From positions 620,001 through 684,000 of the forward strand of contig VJWM01000106.1 of the NCBI GenBank assembly GCA_010909165.1: a stretch of 64,000 bases of DNA, given 5' to 3'. The DNA comes from Anthoceros angustus. Lineage: Eukaryota > Plantae > Anthocerotophyta. Numbering within the stretch: position 1 is the first letter of the stretch; each line of letters starts with the position of its first letter. This document shows, piece after piece, positions 47,290-59,310 of this stretch. The position numbers were made by a program, and so were the translations under genes. The notes under the pieces are model-generated. The model was not told the origin of the DNA. It saw nothing but the letters and a program-made list of their open reading frames with translations, and made no database searches.

Positions 47290-48054
47290 TTACGCACCGA
47301 TAGCTGCCTTCAAAGCGCTGTGCACGTCGAGTCCGATCTGCGCCTCAGCTTTCTCAAGGTCTGTGGATGCGGTGTTGATTTTCTGAGCGTACTCTGCTTC
47401 ACCCCTCCTGACCTCCTCGGGGTCGAACCTGTCCAGCGGGATGGCCTCTATCGCCACGACGTCAGTGACGGAGTTGGCATGGATGAAAGCATAGCCGCTG
47501 CTCACAAAGTACTGCTTCACGTCGGTGCCTTCGTGCACGGACAGCAACCCTGGCTTCAGCTCTGCAATTGTAGGAACATGCCCTGGCAGCACTCCCATCT
47601 GGCCGGAAGTTGAAGGAATGATCACCATGTCCACCTGACAAACCAGTTGCACCACATCTCAGGCTTCCCTTGCAATGCACCAACCCTAACCTACAGCAGG
47701 GACGGGATCATGCGTGCCACATGAAGGACGCTCACAAGCACCGTCCGAGGTACACAGACATGCAATGCCAAGCCATGAATCACTCACCTCCTTGGCGTCA
47801 AGCTCCATCGAGTACGGCAGCACGAAATTGACGGTGAGCTTGGCCGGGATGGTGGCTGCCACAGGCGGTCGCGGCTTCAAAAACTGGGAAGGCACCTTCG
47901 GCAGATCCAGGTTGGGAGCCACCTTCTTCCAGGCAGCCTTGAACTCCTCGGACAGCCCCAGGGCTGGACCCGCAGGTGGAGCTGCCGCATCGGCGAAGCC
48001 ACGCCGGGTCACCACCCTACACAGAGCCCGCGCTCTCTGAAGCCGGCTGATCAT
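47290..48054 (-). CDS. ATP5F1D: Mitochondrial ATP synthase F1 delta subunit (exons 48054-47788 and 47634-47290)
   Basis: [39 protein letters not shown] and [14 protein letters not shown] motifs. Confidence 0.95.
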
Positions 48055-48227
48055 GTTGCTGCCGCCCTTTCACCTTCAATCTCCTTCGCCAACAACCAGA
48101 CCACGCAGCACAACCAAGCTTGCCAGACCACAACCACGGCTCAACTGTCCTGTCCAGTCTGGTCCCCTGGCTGAGACTATTTTCTGAACTGCATTCGTTC
48201 AACCGCGGCTCACACTACAACATACGG

Positions 48228-48484
48228 CATCGATAACATCCACTGTGCGCAAATGGGACAAAGCAAACCATCTACTACCTACAACAATTACGTCTACAAA
48301 TTTTTTATTACTGCTTGACTAGGTACCTACCTATTAGGTTTTATCCTTTACTATGAATACGCCATCGATAACATCCACTGTGCGCAAATGGGACAAAGCA
48401 AACCATCTACTACCTACAACCATTGCGTCTGCAAATTTTTTATTACTGCTTCACTAGATACCTATCTATTAGGTATTATCCTTT
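48228..48484. repeat. Tandem duplication, period 135 bp
   Basis: CATCGATAACATCCACTGTGCGCAAATGGGAC... occurs at 48228 and 48363. Confidence 0.92.
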
Positions 48485-49043
48485 ATCCTTAGGCCAAATG
48501 GACAAATGGCTCTAACTTATGAGGGCCATCCGCATTGGCTGTGAGAGCAATTGTGCTTTTGATCTAGAGCCAACAAGCTATGATTAAATTGATACTTCTG
48601 ACAGCGGGTTTCTATTGCTCTTCAACGGGCGCTCTCAACGGCGATTCTCCATAAGGCCGGCGACGGTGGGTGATACCTTTTCCTCTTCCTCCGTGGTTTG
48701 CAGGCCGTTTATTCTACCTGCATATGACATTGTGGGTGCATTTGGTCACTTTAGGTAGGGAGCTCAGTTGCTCCTCCGGCCCGGGTCCCCATTTGTTGTC
48801 CCCTCCTAGATGGTCTCTTTCCATCGTTCTTTCACCTCAATAAATCATCCATACGATTGGTACCATTGCTATTATAACATGAATAAAATTGTACATTTTC
48901 CTTACTTTGTTTTTTTGCTACCCCTTAATTTGCTGGCATGCGATGATCTCCTCAGGTACCATACTAGGTACCACCAGACTTGCCATGTCACCGTGATAGC
49001 TATAAGACATGCGAAGTGAAAGCATACAAAATACGCCCCGAGG

Positions 49044-50901
49044 CTAGGCTTGAGTGCCTTCTGCCGCTTCGAAATCCGAAAGCAGGGGTACAAAAGTGCA
49101 ACAGAATGCTTCGTTGTCTTTCAAGAGTAGCGATGTTCCAGCTGGGTTCCACTTGAGGTCAGTCACCACGAACTGGGGTAATGGAACATTCACGCAGCAT
49201 GCTCCAGCAGGAGTCCACATGTACAGGTGTGAGCTTCCAGTGCACAGGGCAACACGAGGAAAGACAGGATCCCAGATTGCTGCTCGTACCGCCTCCTTCT
49301 GGATTAGGATAGCTGCAAGCTGTAGACGTCGCACATCCCATATCCACACAGCGTTGGGCATGTTGTCGTTGCGGGTGAGGAGATAATGGCTGTCAGCACT
49401 CCACGACAGCATACCTGCAGAAATAGGCAGGTTGTTAACTTGAAACAGCTGGGAAGAACATGAGTGCCTTGAATGATAGGCATCGGCCCTCACCGATCCC
49501 CTGTTTTGGATTTGGCTTGTCTGGAAGTGCTTTTTGAGATGGGACGACTAAGGGGAAGTCCACGACCTTGTATCGTACCCTTGTCATAACACCTTCATTT
49601 GACTTGTCTGAAGAGTTAGGAACAAACTGTTGAGAACTTGATGGTAATATACTGAGCAGGAATATTGAATTCTCGCATGCCTGTGACAGGGAATTAGAAG
49701 CGTACCGTATCTTGCAGAATTTGTGTCTTCCAGATACAAGTTTGAGAAGTCATCATGCCATGGCTCCTCAATTTCCTGCCAAACCAAGGACATGAGAGAC
49801 AGCCTATCAGTTAAGTTCAACAAGTGGTTGTTAGAATGTGCCGACACGAAGCAATCCAACTTTAAGTTTAGCACAGTCTCACCTTGAACAGAACTGCACT
49901 CGCTGGTCCCTTCAAAGGGCTGGTGTGTGCAAATTCCACCACACACTTCCAGGTCAAATGGTTAAGGGCCCGCACCATCTGATCGTAGCTTCCAACTCCG
50001 AGAAACTTGCCACATGGTGACCATGCTACGGTCTTTATCCCAAGTGCGTTCTCGTAGGCCTGAAACTTGTATAGGCATCGACCATCTGGCGAATACAACA
50101 GAACCTGCAGCCAGAGGTGCTTGGCGCGTAAGAGCAAAGACAGCAAGAGGGATTTCAACACGGAAGGGGAACCATGTCCTGCACACTCCATTCACCTTGT
50201 ACTCCAGACTGGAATCCCAAACAGCAATGGTACTGTCGGTAGGTGACCACTCCACATCGGCAAGGTCCACAGTATCTACAGCATGCGTTCCCATCATCTC
50301 CCAGGAATGGCAGGAGAGCAGATTGATGTAGTCCCTGCAGTCTTTCCGGGTGGCCACAACGACGAAATTGCCATCTCCAGTGAAAGACACTCCCCGCGAG
50401 GCGTGCTTCGGCCATGGCACATGGACACAAGCTGTGCTCACCAATGACCACACCGTCAAGCGCAGCTGGAAGTCTGATGTGGTGAGGATATGCCGGCTGT
50501 CGGGACTCCAACGAGCATGTGAGATACCAGCAGACCCCTCATCGATCTTGCAAGTCCATTCTGGCTGCAACACTGACCACGCCTGCACCAAGGCTTTCCT
50601 GTACAGCCCGCACAGCACGTACTGCGAGTCTGGTGCCCACTCCACATAGCTGATCTTGTCCAAGCAAGAGTACAGCTGCAGCACCTTTCCACCACAATGC
50701 AGTAGCACAAGCCAACATCAAAACCAAGTGACTTGCAAAACCGAGCCCATCAACCGTCAAGAGCCATAAACCCCATCTACTGACCTTGAGCGACACCACG
50801 TCCCGGATCACAAGCCGATAATCCACGGCCACAGCTAGAAGCTGTGCATTCGGACTGAAACAGCAAGGACCTGAATGCTTGTAGGTGTCACTGAATTCCA
50901 T
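49044..50901 (-). CDS. WRAP73: WD-repeat protein WRAP73/WDR8, multi-exon
   Basis: MEFSDTYK...CFSPN, WTCKIDEGSAG..HARWSPDSRHILTTSDFQLRLTVWSL, FQAYENALGIK and RNDNMPNAVWIWD motifs. Confidence 0.92.
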
Positions 50902-51503
50902 GTTTGGAAACACTAAACATCCAGATCCTTCACTGGAGCGCAATCTTCTTGAATCTTTCCCATTCTTTGCCACAATCCCTACAATGCCGGGGGGGCGCAC
51001 CCAGAGCGAAACCTTCCGACGGTAGGGTTGAGCTGCACCCGACTTGACAACTTCAATGTTCAGTACATCCGCATTCTTACCACGCTCTCTCCTGGGCTTC
51101 AGATTTCAATCAGCGGAGAACCCAAAATGTTGGGAGTTCGATGGAAATGCAGAGCTCTTGCATTCAAAAGTTTCGCTCCAAAAGGGGCCGTTGTTGGTCT
51201 CCCTACACTAATCTCGTTTCGCACTGATCGTTTCTACGAGATAATTTCAATCTACAAGTCTCGTCTAATCGAGCTGCCAAGAATCATGGCACGCTTCTTG
51301 GCCTCGGCTGTCCTGGCAATGGCCATTGGAGTAGGAGCTGCAGAGATGAGAAGGAGCAGGGTGCTCTGCCGGACGTGTCCGGCTTGGCCTGTCAAGATGC
51401 AGGAGGCTGCAGTCTCAGCTGAGGACAGAGTGTCTGATCTTGTGTGACTGACGGTGAGCTCACACAAGGGATGTCGTGACTGTGGTTCGGGATTAAGATT
51501 GCG

Positions 51504-53204
51504 ATGGATGAAGCTTGCAGCTTCAGGGACGCTGAAACACAGACAGATATGAACTACAGCATAGGCAACTGCGGTGATGGTGTGGATGGCAATGCGGAGC
51601 TTGAGATGGTAGCAGCTTCTTTGCCGGTGGAATTGGTGCATCTGCCAACCTCTGTGGATGGGAGCATGGTTAGCGAGTTGCTGCGCAGGGATTTTCTTTT
51701 GCAGGACTTGGGAGTGGGTGAGAGGGTTTGTGAAGGTGAGAGTTGCAGCGACGGGGATGCTGCTGCTATGTTGCCGTTCTCGGAGAGCTTGCAGAAGGAG
51801 CTTCTCCAATGCCTGGGGGATAATCTCAGCAGACTGCAGGATAATAGCGTGTCCTTGAGAGATCAGGAGGTTAGGAAGCTGCTTCTGCTGGCAGCTGCCC
51901 AAGTTTGCATTGCTGTGCAGAAGACGCTGGTCACCTTCCCGGGGCTGTCGTTTGAAACCTCGAAGTTGCTCCCGTCTGCGATGCAGAGCATTCAGAGTTG
52001 CATAGATGATGATGATGACAGCCAAGAGCTGAACGTAGTGTTCTTGGCCTTGAGTCAGACCTTCAATGTCATTGCTGCAGATATAGCTCTGAACGAAGCC
52101 CGGAGGGTGAAACCTAAGGTTTCTGCTTGGTTCGATGAGTTTCTGGACAGGGAGACCGATGATGCCAAGTGGGTGGAGAACTTGAGGATGTCCAAAGCCA
52201 CTTTTGAATGGCTCTGTGAGCAGCTCCAGCCATACATTGACCGTCAGGTTACCAACTGGAAGCGGCCTGTACCTCTGAAATGGAGGGTAGGGGCCGGGCT
52301 TTACAGAATGGTTACTGGAGCCGATCTCACAGAAACAGGGATGAAGTTTGGAATAGGCATGACAACCGCGCACGGAGCTGTGAAGGAGACGATCAGAGCA
52401 ATCAATCGAACTTTGGGTAGATACCTCAAATGGCCTGAGGGAGAGGACATGGAGAGTGTGGTCAGAGGGTTCGAGGATGCTTGTACTCTCCCAAACTGCA
52501 GTGGAGCGATTGGCAGCACTCACATAATCATTGCAAAACCTCGCTCTCCAGGTGCCGAGGTCTACTACAACAATCAGCTTTACTCTATAGTGCTCCAGGC
52601 CGTTTGTGACACTAGGAGAAGGTTCACTGACGTGTACAGTGGTTACCCTGGCTCAGCTCACAAGAGTACTATACTGAGACACTCTGGTTTCTACTGCAAG
52701 GCCCAGGAAGGTACAATACTGAGTGAAGAATTGCATCTGCCACATCTAGACGATCATGTGCTGGGGAATGGAGAATTCTACAAGACTCACCCTTACGTTC
52801 TGGGTGACGCTTCCTATCCACTCTTACCATGGTTGATGGTGCCGTTCCGAGTCTCAGATGACAGTTATCAGTACAATTTTGACCAAGCTCAGTACAATCG
52901 GAACCATGAACAAGGTAGACAGTTCATAGATGAGGCCTTCGCAATGTTGAAGGACTCCTTTGCCATCCTCTCCCGAACTGTCAACCAAAAGGTTCAATTC
53001 ATCCCCGAGGTTGTGAATGCTTGCTGCATTTTGCACAACTTATTGCTAGAAAGTGGAAGAGATCTGGACCCTGATCAGGTTTTGCAGCACTGCGAGTTGC
53101 AAAGTTGCAGAGGCTCAGATGCGGACGACGAGACTCAGATCCTGAGCGGTGAGGAAGGTGGAGAGGAGGTCAGGAAGCGCTTAGTACTGCAGCAGTTTGT
53201 GTAG
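51504..53204 (+). CDS. Harbinger/PIF transposase-derived nuclease (HARBI1/ALP1-like) with degenerate catalytic motifs
   Basis: RMSKATFEWLC, YSIVLQAVCD, YPGSAH, VLGDASYPLLPWLMVPF and CCILHN motifs in an intact single-exon 566-codon ORF. Confidence 0.9.
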   Translation: MDEACSFRDAETQTDMNYSIGNCGDGVDGNAELEMVAASLPVELVHLPTSVDGSMVSELLRRDFLLQDLGVGERVCEGESCSDGDAAAMLPFSESLQKELLQCLGDNLSRLQDNSVSLRDQEVRKLLLLAAAQVCIAVQKTLVTFPGLSFETSKLLPSAMQSIQSCIDDDDDSQELNVVFLALSQTFNVIAADIALNEARRVKPKVSAWFDEFLDRETDDAKWVENLRMSKATFEWLCEQLQPYIDRQVTNWKRPVPLKWRVGAGLYRMVTGADLTETGMKFGIGMTTAHGAVKETIRAINRTLGRYLKWPEGEDMESVVRGFEDACTLPNCSGAIGSTHIIIAKPRSPGAEVYYNNQLYSIVLQAVCDTRRRFTDVYSGYPGSAHKSTILRHSGFYCKAQEGTILSEELHLPHLDDHVLGNGEFYKTHPYVLGDASYPLLPWLMVPFRVSDDSYQYNFDQAQYNRNHEQGRQFIDEAFAMLKDSFAILSRTVNQKVQFIPEVVNACCILHNLLLESGRDLDPDQVLQHCELQSCRGSDADDETQILSGEEGGEEVRKRLVLQQFV

Positions 53205-53687
53205 AAGCCAGCTGCATGGCCATCTAACTGTGGGTAAAGTAGACTGCTGTTTCCCTCGCAGGAAAGCAGAGACCTAACACATCAACACAAAGCACGGCCT
53301 GAAATAAGAACTTGGCGTTTGCCTCCCTTGTGTAGCAATTCCGTCATGGCTCCCGCGTTAGTTATAAGATCATACACCCACTGCTCACAAAAAGTACCAG
53401 GGTTTCCAGCAGCTGAAAATTCCTACTCCAGCGAGTCCGGCTCCTCTTAGAGTTCTCACCATCTCTGTACATATCTGCTGGTGCCGGGTATGCTCTCCAG
53501 ATTAGGTATGTGCAGAATTTCAGTTTCCATCGTAAGAGGCATCAAGTATGGCATGTACTAAGAGCCATCGCGCACGTTATAAATTTTGGTTTACAAATTA
53601 CGTATCTATTTGCCTAGTTAACTTGAGCGCTTGATATTTAAGTAAATAGTCTAGGTCGTAGTTCTGGACGCCGGCCAGCATCCCGGG

Positions 53688-54797
53688 ATGGCTCCTGCGC
53701 GGAGGAGCGAGCTGCCGAGGTTTGAGATGGCAGAGAAGGAATATGAGGATGAAGAGGTGTCTGAAAGTGAGGAGGAGTCTTCTGAAAGCGAGGACGATGA
53801 GGAGCCGGAGCAAAGATCGACCTCTGGCCCTAAGGAGAATGCTGTATACGATGTGGAAGCCTTACTGGCGAAGTTGGAGCAGATTAGGCGGCCGGAGGGT
53901 CTGGACTGGCTGCATTTTCCCACCTTGACTTATGAGTACACAGGGGCTGAGATTGAGGCGGACGATGATTTGGCTCGTGAGGTGTTTTTCTACACGCAGG
54001 CTGTTGAAGGAGCCCGGGAGGCCATTGAGATGCTGCGGGCCCGCAATGTGCCTTTCTCCAGGCCGGATGATTACTATGCCGAAATGGTGAAGAGTGACAA
54101 GCACATGCTCAAGATCAAGGACAAGCTGCTGTTCCAGAAGCAGAAACTGGAGGAGGCCGACGAGAGGAGGAAGCAACGGGAGGCCAAGAAGTATTCCAAA
54201 GAGGTGCAGGCGGAAAAGTTGAAGGAGAGGCAGAAGGAGAAGAAGAGGAGTATCGAGTCTGTGAAGAAGTGGAGGAAGACAAGGGAGAAGAGTGGGTACG
54301 GGGAGGGTAAGGATGATGAGTTTCCTGTGGACCTGGATGATGGTGACGGGTCTGGGGCGAAGAGGAGAAAGCTTGGTGATGGCTCGCGAGGTAGAGGTGG
54401 GGGCCAATTTTCTAGAGGAGGCAGGGTGGGTTCTAGAGGAGGTAGGGGGGGTTCTAGAGGAGGCAGGGGGGGTTCTAGAGGAGGCAGGGGTGGGGGCAGA
54501 GGCGGTAGCGATGGCGATGGAGATGAAGATGGTGGTCGAAGAGGGGATTTCAGGTCAGGTTCTTCCAGAGGAAGAGGTCCGTCCAGAAAGAGGCAAGATC
54601 GAGACAAGAAGTTTGGTTACGGTGGAAAGAAGCGAGATTTGAAGAAGAACACGGCAGAGTCGGCTGCCGATGTTGGTGGGTTTAAGGGGGGTTTTAGAGG
54701 AGGGCGAGGGGGCTCAAGAGGAGGTTCAAGAGGTAGTTCGCGAGGAGGTTTCAGAGTAGGTTCTAGGGGAGGCGGCAAAGGGAAACACAAGGCTTAA
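53688..54797 (+). CDS. EBP2: rRNA-processing protein EBP2 with RGG-rich C-terminus, intronless
   Basis: DDDLAREVFFYTQA, RPDDYYAEMVKSDKHM.KIKDKL and RDKKFGYGGKKR..K.NTAES motifs. Confidence 0.95.
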   Translation: MAPARRSELPRFEMAEKEYEDEEVSESEEESSESEDDEEPEQRSTSGPKENAVYDVEALLAKLEQIRRPEGLDWLHFPTLTYEYTGAEIEADDDLAREVFFYTQAVEGAREAIEMLRARNVPFSRPDDYYAEMVKSDKHMLKIKDKLLFQKQKLEEADERRKQREAKKYSKEVQAEKLKERQKEKKRSIESVKKWRKTREKSGYGEGKDDEFPVDLDDGDGSGAKRRKLGDGSRGRGGGQFSRGGRVGSRGGRGGSRGGRGGSRGGRGGGRGGSDGDGDEDGGRRGDFRSGSSRGRGPSRKRQDRDKKFGYGGKKRDLKKNTAESAADVGGFKGGFRGGRGGSRGGSRGSSRGGFRVGSRGGGKGKHKA

Positions 54798-54904
54798 GTC
54801 TGGAATGGACAGCCTTCAATGGTTCCACCTACGCTGCCCACTAAGTTTTGTAAGCTCGTGTCGCACCTCGTCTTTTTACGGGATGATTTCGATTCGCATG
54901 TGTC

Positions 54905-55730
54905 CTCTAATTGAGCAGCCAAGAATCATGGCGCACTTCTTGGCGTGTCAAAGACAATGTCTCTCTGTCTGATGTCCATTTGAGTCTGGTCACTTTGTGG
55001 GTGAAGACGTATGCAGCTGCGGTAGCAGGAATCACAGATATGAGAATAATTGTAGCGTGTTGTGTTTGTTTCACCTAGCTGCGAGTGTCAGGCATGTCCT
55101 CACTGAGCTTGTCTGTCAGCATGCTTGGCCAAGGCTGCAACTGAGAACAGACCTAGTTTCTGATTTTTTGTGACAGACACAGGAAGTCGAGATTTGCTTC
55201 AAGAACGCTGAAAAATATGATCTACAGCATCGGTGATGGTGTGGATGGCAAAGCGGCCTGCATGGTTTCATCTTCTTGGACGGTGGTTTGATGCATTTGC
55301 TAATATTGGAGCCCGGTTAGCGTTGCTGCGTGGGGAAGTTTTCTTGCAAGACTGGCAAGTGGGAAGTGTCTGTGAAGTTCAGCGTGGCAGACTGGGATGA
55401 GGGTGCTATGTTGCCCTTGCGGAGGGCACGCAAAAGGAGCTTGGGGATAATATCATGGATTGCAGGATAGTATGGCGTCCAGCAGAGGTCTCGGTGAGGA
55501 AGCTGTTTAGTCGGAGTTAGTGAGCTTTCGACGATGAGGAAAGAACAACCAGTAACCTTTCGACTGAAGGTACAGTAGTGTCTTACCTTGATTGGTGTCG
55601 CTCCACATGAAGCTTGGAATATAGTTCGGGAGGTAAAATCCTGAGTTACTGCTTAGTTCGAGGAGTCATGGGGCAGGAACACGAATGATGCCAGGTGGAT
55701 GCAGAACCTAAGACTTCAAACGAAATGTAG
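54905..55730 (+). pseudogene. Decayed duplicate of the 5' part of the Harbinger-derived gene
   Basis: Colinear similarity to 51265-52200 (for example CCAAGAATCATGGC, CGGTGATGGTGTGGATGGCAA, GGGGATAAT, GATGATGCCAxGTGG), with deletions and frameshifts. Confidence 0.8.
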
Positions 55731-56353
55731 GGACAGGGCTTTACCAGATTCTAATTGGAGCAGATCTTACCGGAACGGGGTTGACGTTTTCAATACCCAG
55801 GCAAGATGACTGCACATGGAGCTGACTCAAGAGAGAGGAAGAATAATGTGAGAACCTTTGACTGTGACTTTGAAAGGAAAGCAGAATGGTCGCGAATCCT
55901 GACGGACACAAAAGTGCATTGCTGCCTGCCTGTTTGTCAACCAGCATTGAATCCCAGTAGTACATTCTGGGCAGGTCCCAGTAGGCTCTGAAGGAGGAGA
56001 TGTGCTTTCACGTTACACGGCTGAGAATGGCTGTGACCGTCAATGGCAGCACAAGGAAGCAGCGGCATGGTAAGCTGGTTGAGGGGACCCCATAAATCAG
56101 TGTGCAAGCCAAGCACCAGAGTCCCTGCAAGTGATGGGTTATCATGATATATCTTCTTACAGTGACTGGGTTGGGAACCTCCTCACTGCTGGATTCAAGC
56201 TTCCTACCAGGTTGCACACTGGGCAACCGTGTTCTCCACTCCAGCCCAGGGACTGGGTTATCCCCGAGCATTCCCGAGTGCATTCTTGGAACGCAAAATC
56301 TCCTCAAGATGCCCAGCATTGAGCCCTCTTCTGCAAGATCCAACACCCGCAAT

Positions 56354-59310
56354 TCAGACTAGCCAAAGAATATGAAGAATCAAACAACAAATAATGCAAC
56401 GAATTTTCTTTACCAGCCAAGTGTTGGACTTCAACTGCTGTATATGATCGGCAAGTTCTTGCTGCTTGTTGAGGACCTTGGTCAAAGTCTGGCGACAGGT
56501 GCAGGTGCTTTTTGAGTTTCTTGAGAGAAGAAGTGAGAGCCCCTCAAATTGGGTTGTTGTGGTAGTTACCTTCTTGGTTTCAGCAAGCTCAGCTTCGAGA
56601 GTTTGGATTCTTTCGTCTGAATCGTTCTTCTCTTTCTCGTGTGGAGGAGGACCTTGGGTGCTGAGCCTCTTGACCTCCTCTTCCAGGTCTGTAACTCTGG
56701 TCTTGATGGTGGCGGATGGCTTCAAAATTGGGCGGATTGCTGGGGAGTCCAAATGCGATCTGCCCTTCCACTTTCTCCAAAGTTGCTGACAAGGTTGGGC
56801 CAGGGGAGACAGGAAGACGGTAATGAAATAGGTGTAGAGGAAGACAAAAAATTGATAGACTCTCCGCGCAATGCTCTTGGCATCTGCAAACAGATTAGCC
56901 GAGGTGTGCATTCAGCCTTTTTCTTAGACAGTTCGGGTGAAGTTTTGTTTGCAGAAATAAGTGCTCTAAGAAGAGATAGATGATCACCTCACCTTTGCCA
57001 GAGTATGATCCATCGTGCTTAATACCTGAAGAACTGCTATTACCCTGATAGAGCACAAGCGCAATGTACAGCAAACTTTATTTCAATGGGATGCACAAGA
57101 ACCTTGCCCCCACCAGGGGCTTAAACGCAACGTAGGTAATCTTATGAGAGATAATTGTAAATGTACTTGTTTTAATCAGCTGTATCCACGAACCTGTTCC
57201 ATATTTCTAAAAATTGACACACCACCATCCGGAGCATGATGCAAGCTTGCATCAGATGCACTGCCTGAAGTTTCCCCCTCCTTACCCTAAAAGATAGAAA
57301 CACATCCATATCAGCTCGGATCCAAAAAAAGAATCACTTAAAAAAACTCATAAAAAATATCTAGTAGTAAAATTTAGCTTACTTTTCCTAAGTTAGAGGG
57401 ATTCGAAACTGAAATAATCTTGGTATTCAATTCATTTCCTTCAACTACAGCCTGTAAACAAAAGGTGTTCTTGTGTCCTAAAGTTTGGACAAAATAGCTT
57501 TTCAGGTATAACTTGAATTCAAAATCATTATATGGAGTGACAAGAGAAGAATTTTACTTTCAAGATCTCATGGTCATTCCATGGTCCTTTGTCAGACTTT
57601 AAACAACCACCTTCATTTGAGCATGTGCATGTACCGCCCAAAAAGTCAGGTAACTGGCTGCAAATAGACAAAGCCCAAGTTTATATTTCGTTACATGTTC
57701 CTTGGATGTGAGAATTCAATAAATCTATTAATAAATCAATATTCACCTTGCATCTATGATGTCCAAAAGTTTGTGCTGGTATTTACTTCCTAATACCTGC
57801 AAAATAATAATTTTTAAATCAAAATTTTAATTTTTATGTATTTTATTTTATGAAAAATGTATATTTTTAAAAGCTGATAAAATGATTACGTGGATTTTTG
57901 TTGTTGTTTTTGGATCAAGAAAGCCTTTTATAGTTGTCCAAAGCATCTTAAAACCAGGCCCAGCATTTATAATAAACATTCTATGCAATGTCTGCAAAAA
58001 CATAAAATTTCTTATCAATACTTTTTATGAGGTACTAAGCTTGCAAGTGTCAACTCACTTATAAAGATGCACCATAGTGTGAATTTTAATTACCTCTGGA
58101 TAGTTGTCACCATCAACTTTTTGAATGCTAAGAATTAAGTCACGAGCAGATTTGCTAAAGTTTTTTAGACCCTGTACATCCATGACAAAATCATGTTTAA
58201 AATCACGATGGAATCAACCTGTGAAATGAACATTGATTATGCAATAAATAATATTGGATAGGAAACATACCACACCAGCGACATCCAAAATTGTTGTTGT
58301 TGAATCAATGTGTTTCTTAGCAGAAATTGAGCATGCCGGGAATTTTCTCAATAACGTTCGTTCAAATTCTATTATGTGGTACTTCATATATCTGTCAAGT
58401 GTTGTAACTTGCATAAGCTTAGCAGGATCTACTTTTCCAATTCTTTCAATGTACACCGGCCTCCCTTCTTTGTCAACCCCATGATGCCCTTGCGGATAAT
58501 ACTTCCTTACTTCATCAAGCTCCTTAAAATCAAAATCCTGAATAAGGAATTGATTAATTTTTATAAAATTATTATTAAAAATCAATCAACAGCTGAAATA
58601 TTAAAATACCTGTTCAATAGTATCAACTCCATTTTCCTTTCTCCAATGCAACATGTCAGCCCACATTTGTTTGCTTTTTCCAAGATCAAACTTACGAGCT
58701 CGTAGAAATCTTCAGTGAGAAAGAACTGGTTCAGTCGAATTTTAAAACATAATTCAAGATTCATGTTCAGTGGTTTGTGACAATCCTGATATTTTCATAA
58801 AGTTCATTTTATATTGAAAGCTTCCTAGTCTCATCATGATAGTATCAATATGAGATGCTCTTTTTTTGCTAATCAACATGAGACACTCTAGGAGAAAGGG
58901 TGTTCATTATGACATGGTAAAAGAAGTATTGCTACTTACCGTAGCATCATATGATAATCGTCATGTTGGGTAGGCAATAAGTTATCATTTTCGAGCATTT
59001 TGCGGAACATTTCCACAACATTTTGTTCTTGTTCATCCCTTACATCAGTGATGGATAACGACAAAATTCGTTCTTCTCGAGTGCGTCTTCTTTTTTTCAA
59101 AGATTGTTTAATTCGAGAAGCAAACATTGCCGCTTTGGTGGATCCCAATTTTCCAGATGTAGCTTTAACAAGCAATCTATTATCTTCAATCGTGGGTCTC
59201 TCTTCACTTGTATCTCCATTTCCTTCTTCTTCCCCATCGACTTTGCCATGTCCTGACGATGTTGATGCAGATGGAGCCAATGTTTCTATAGGCTCCAATG
59301 CTACCACCAT
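56354..59310 (-). CDS. Sec14-like phosphatidylinositol transfer protein (SFH / Sec14-nodulin type), multi-exon; 3' end approximate
   Basis: HMMLR|[56 protein letters not shown] and C-terminal coiled coil [10 protein letters not shown]. Confidence 0.9.

Noticed and set aside
51252-52523. 423-aa minus-strand ORF
   Set aside because: Antisense shadow of the Harbinger-derived CDS with no recognisable motifs.
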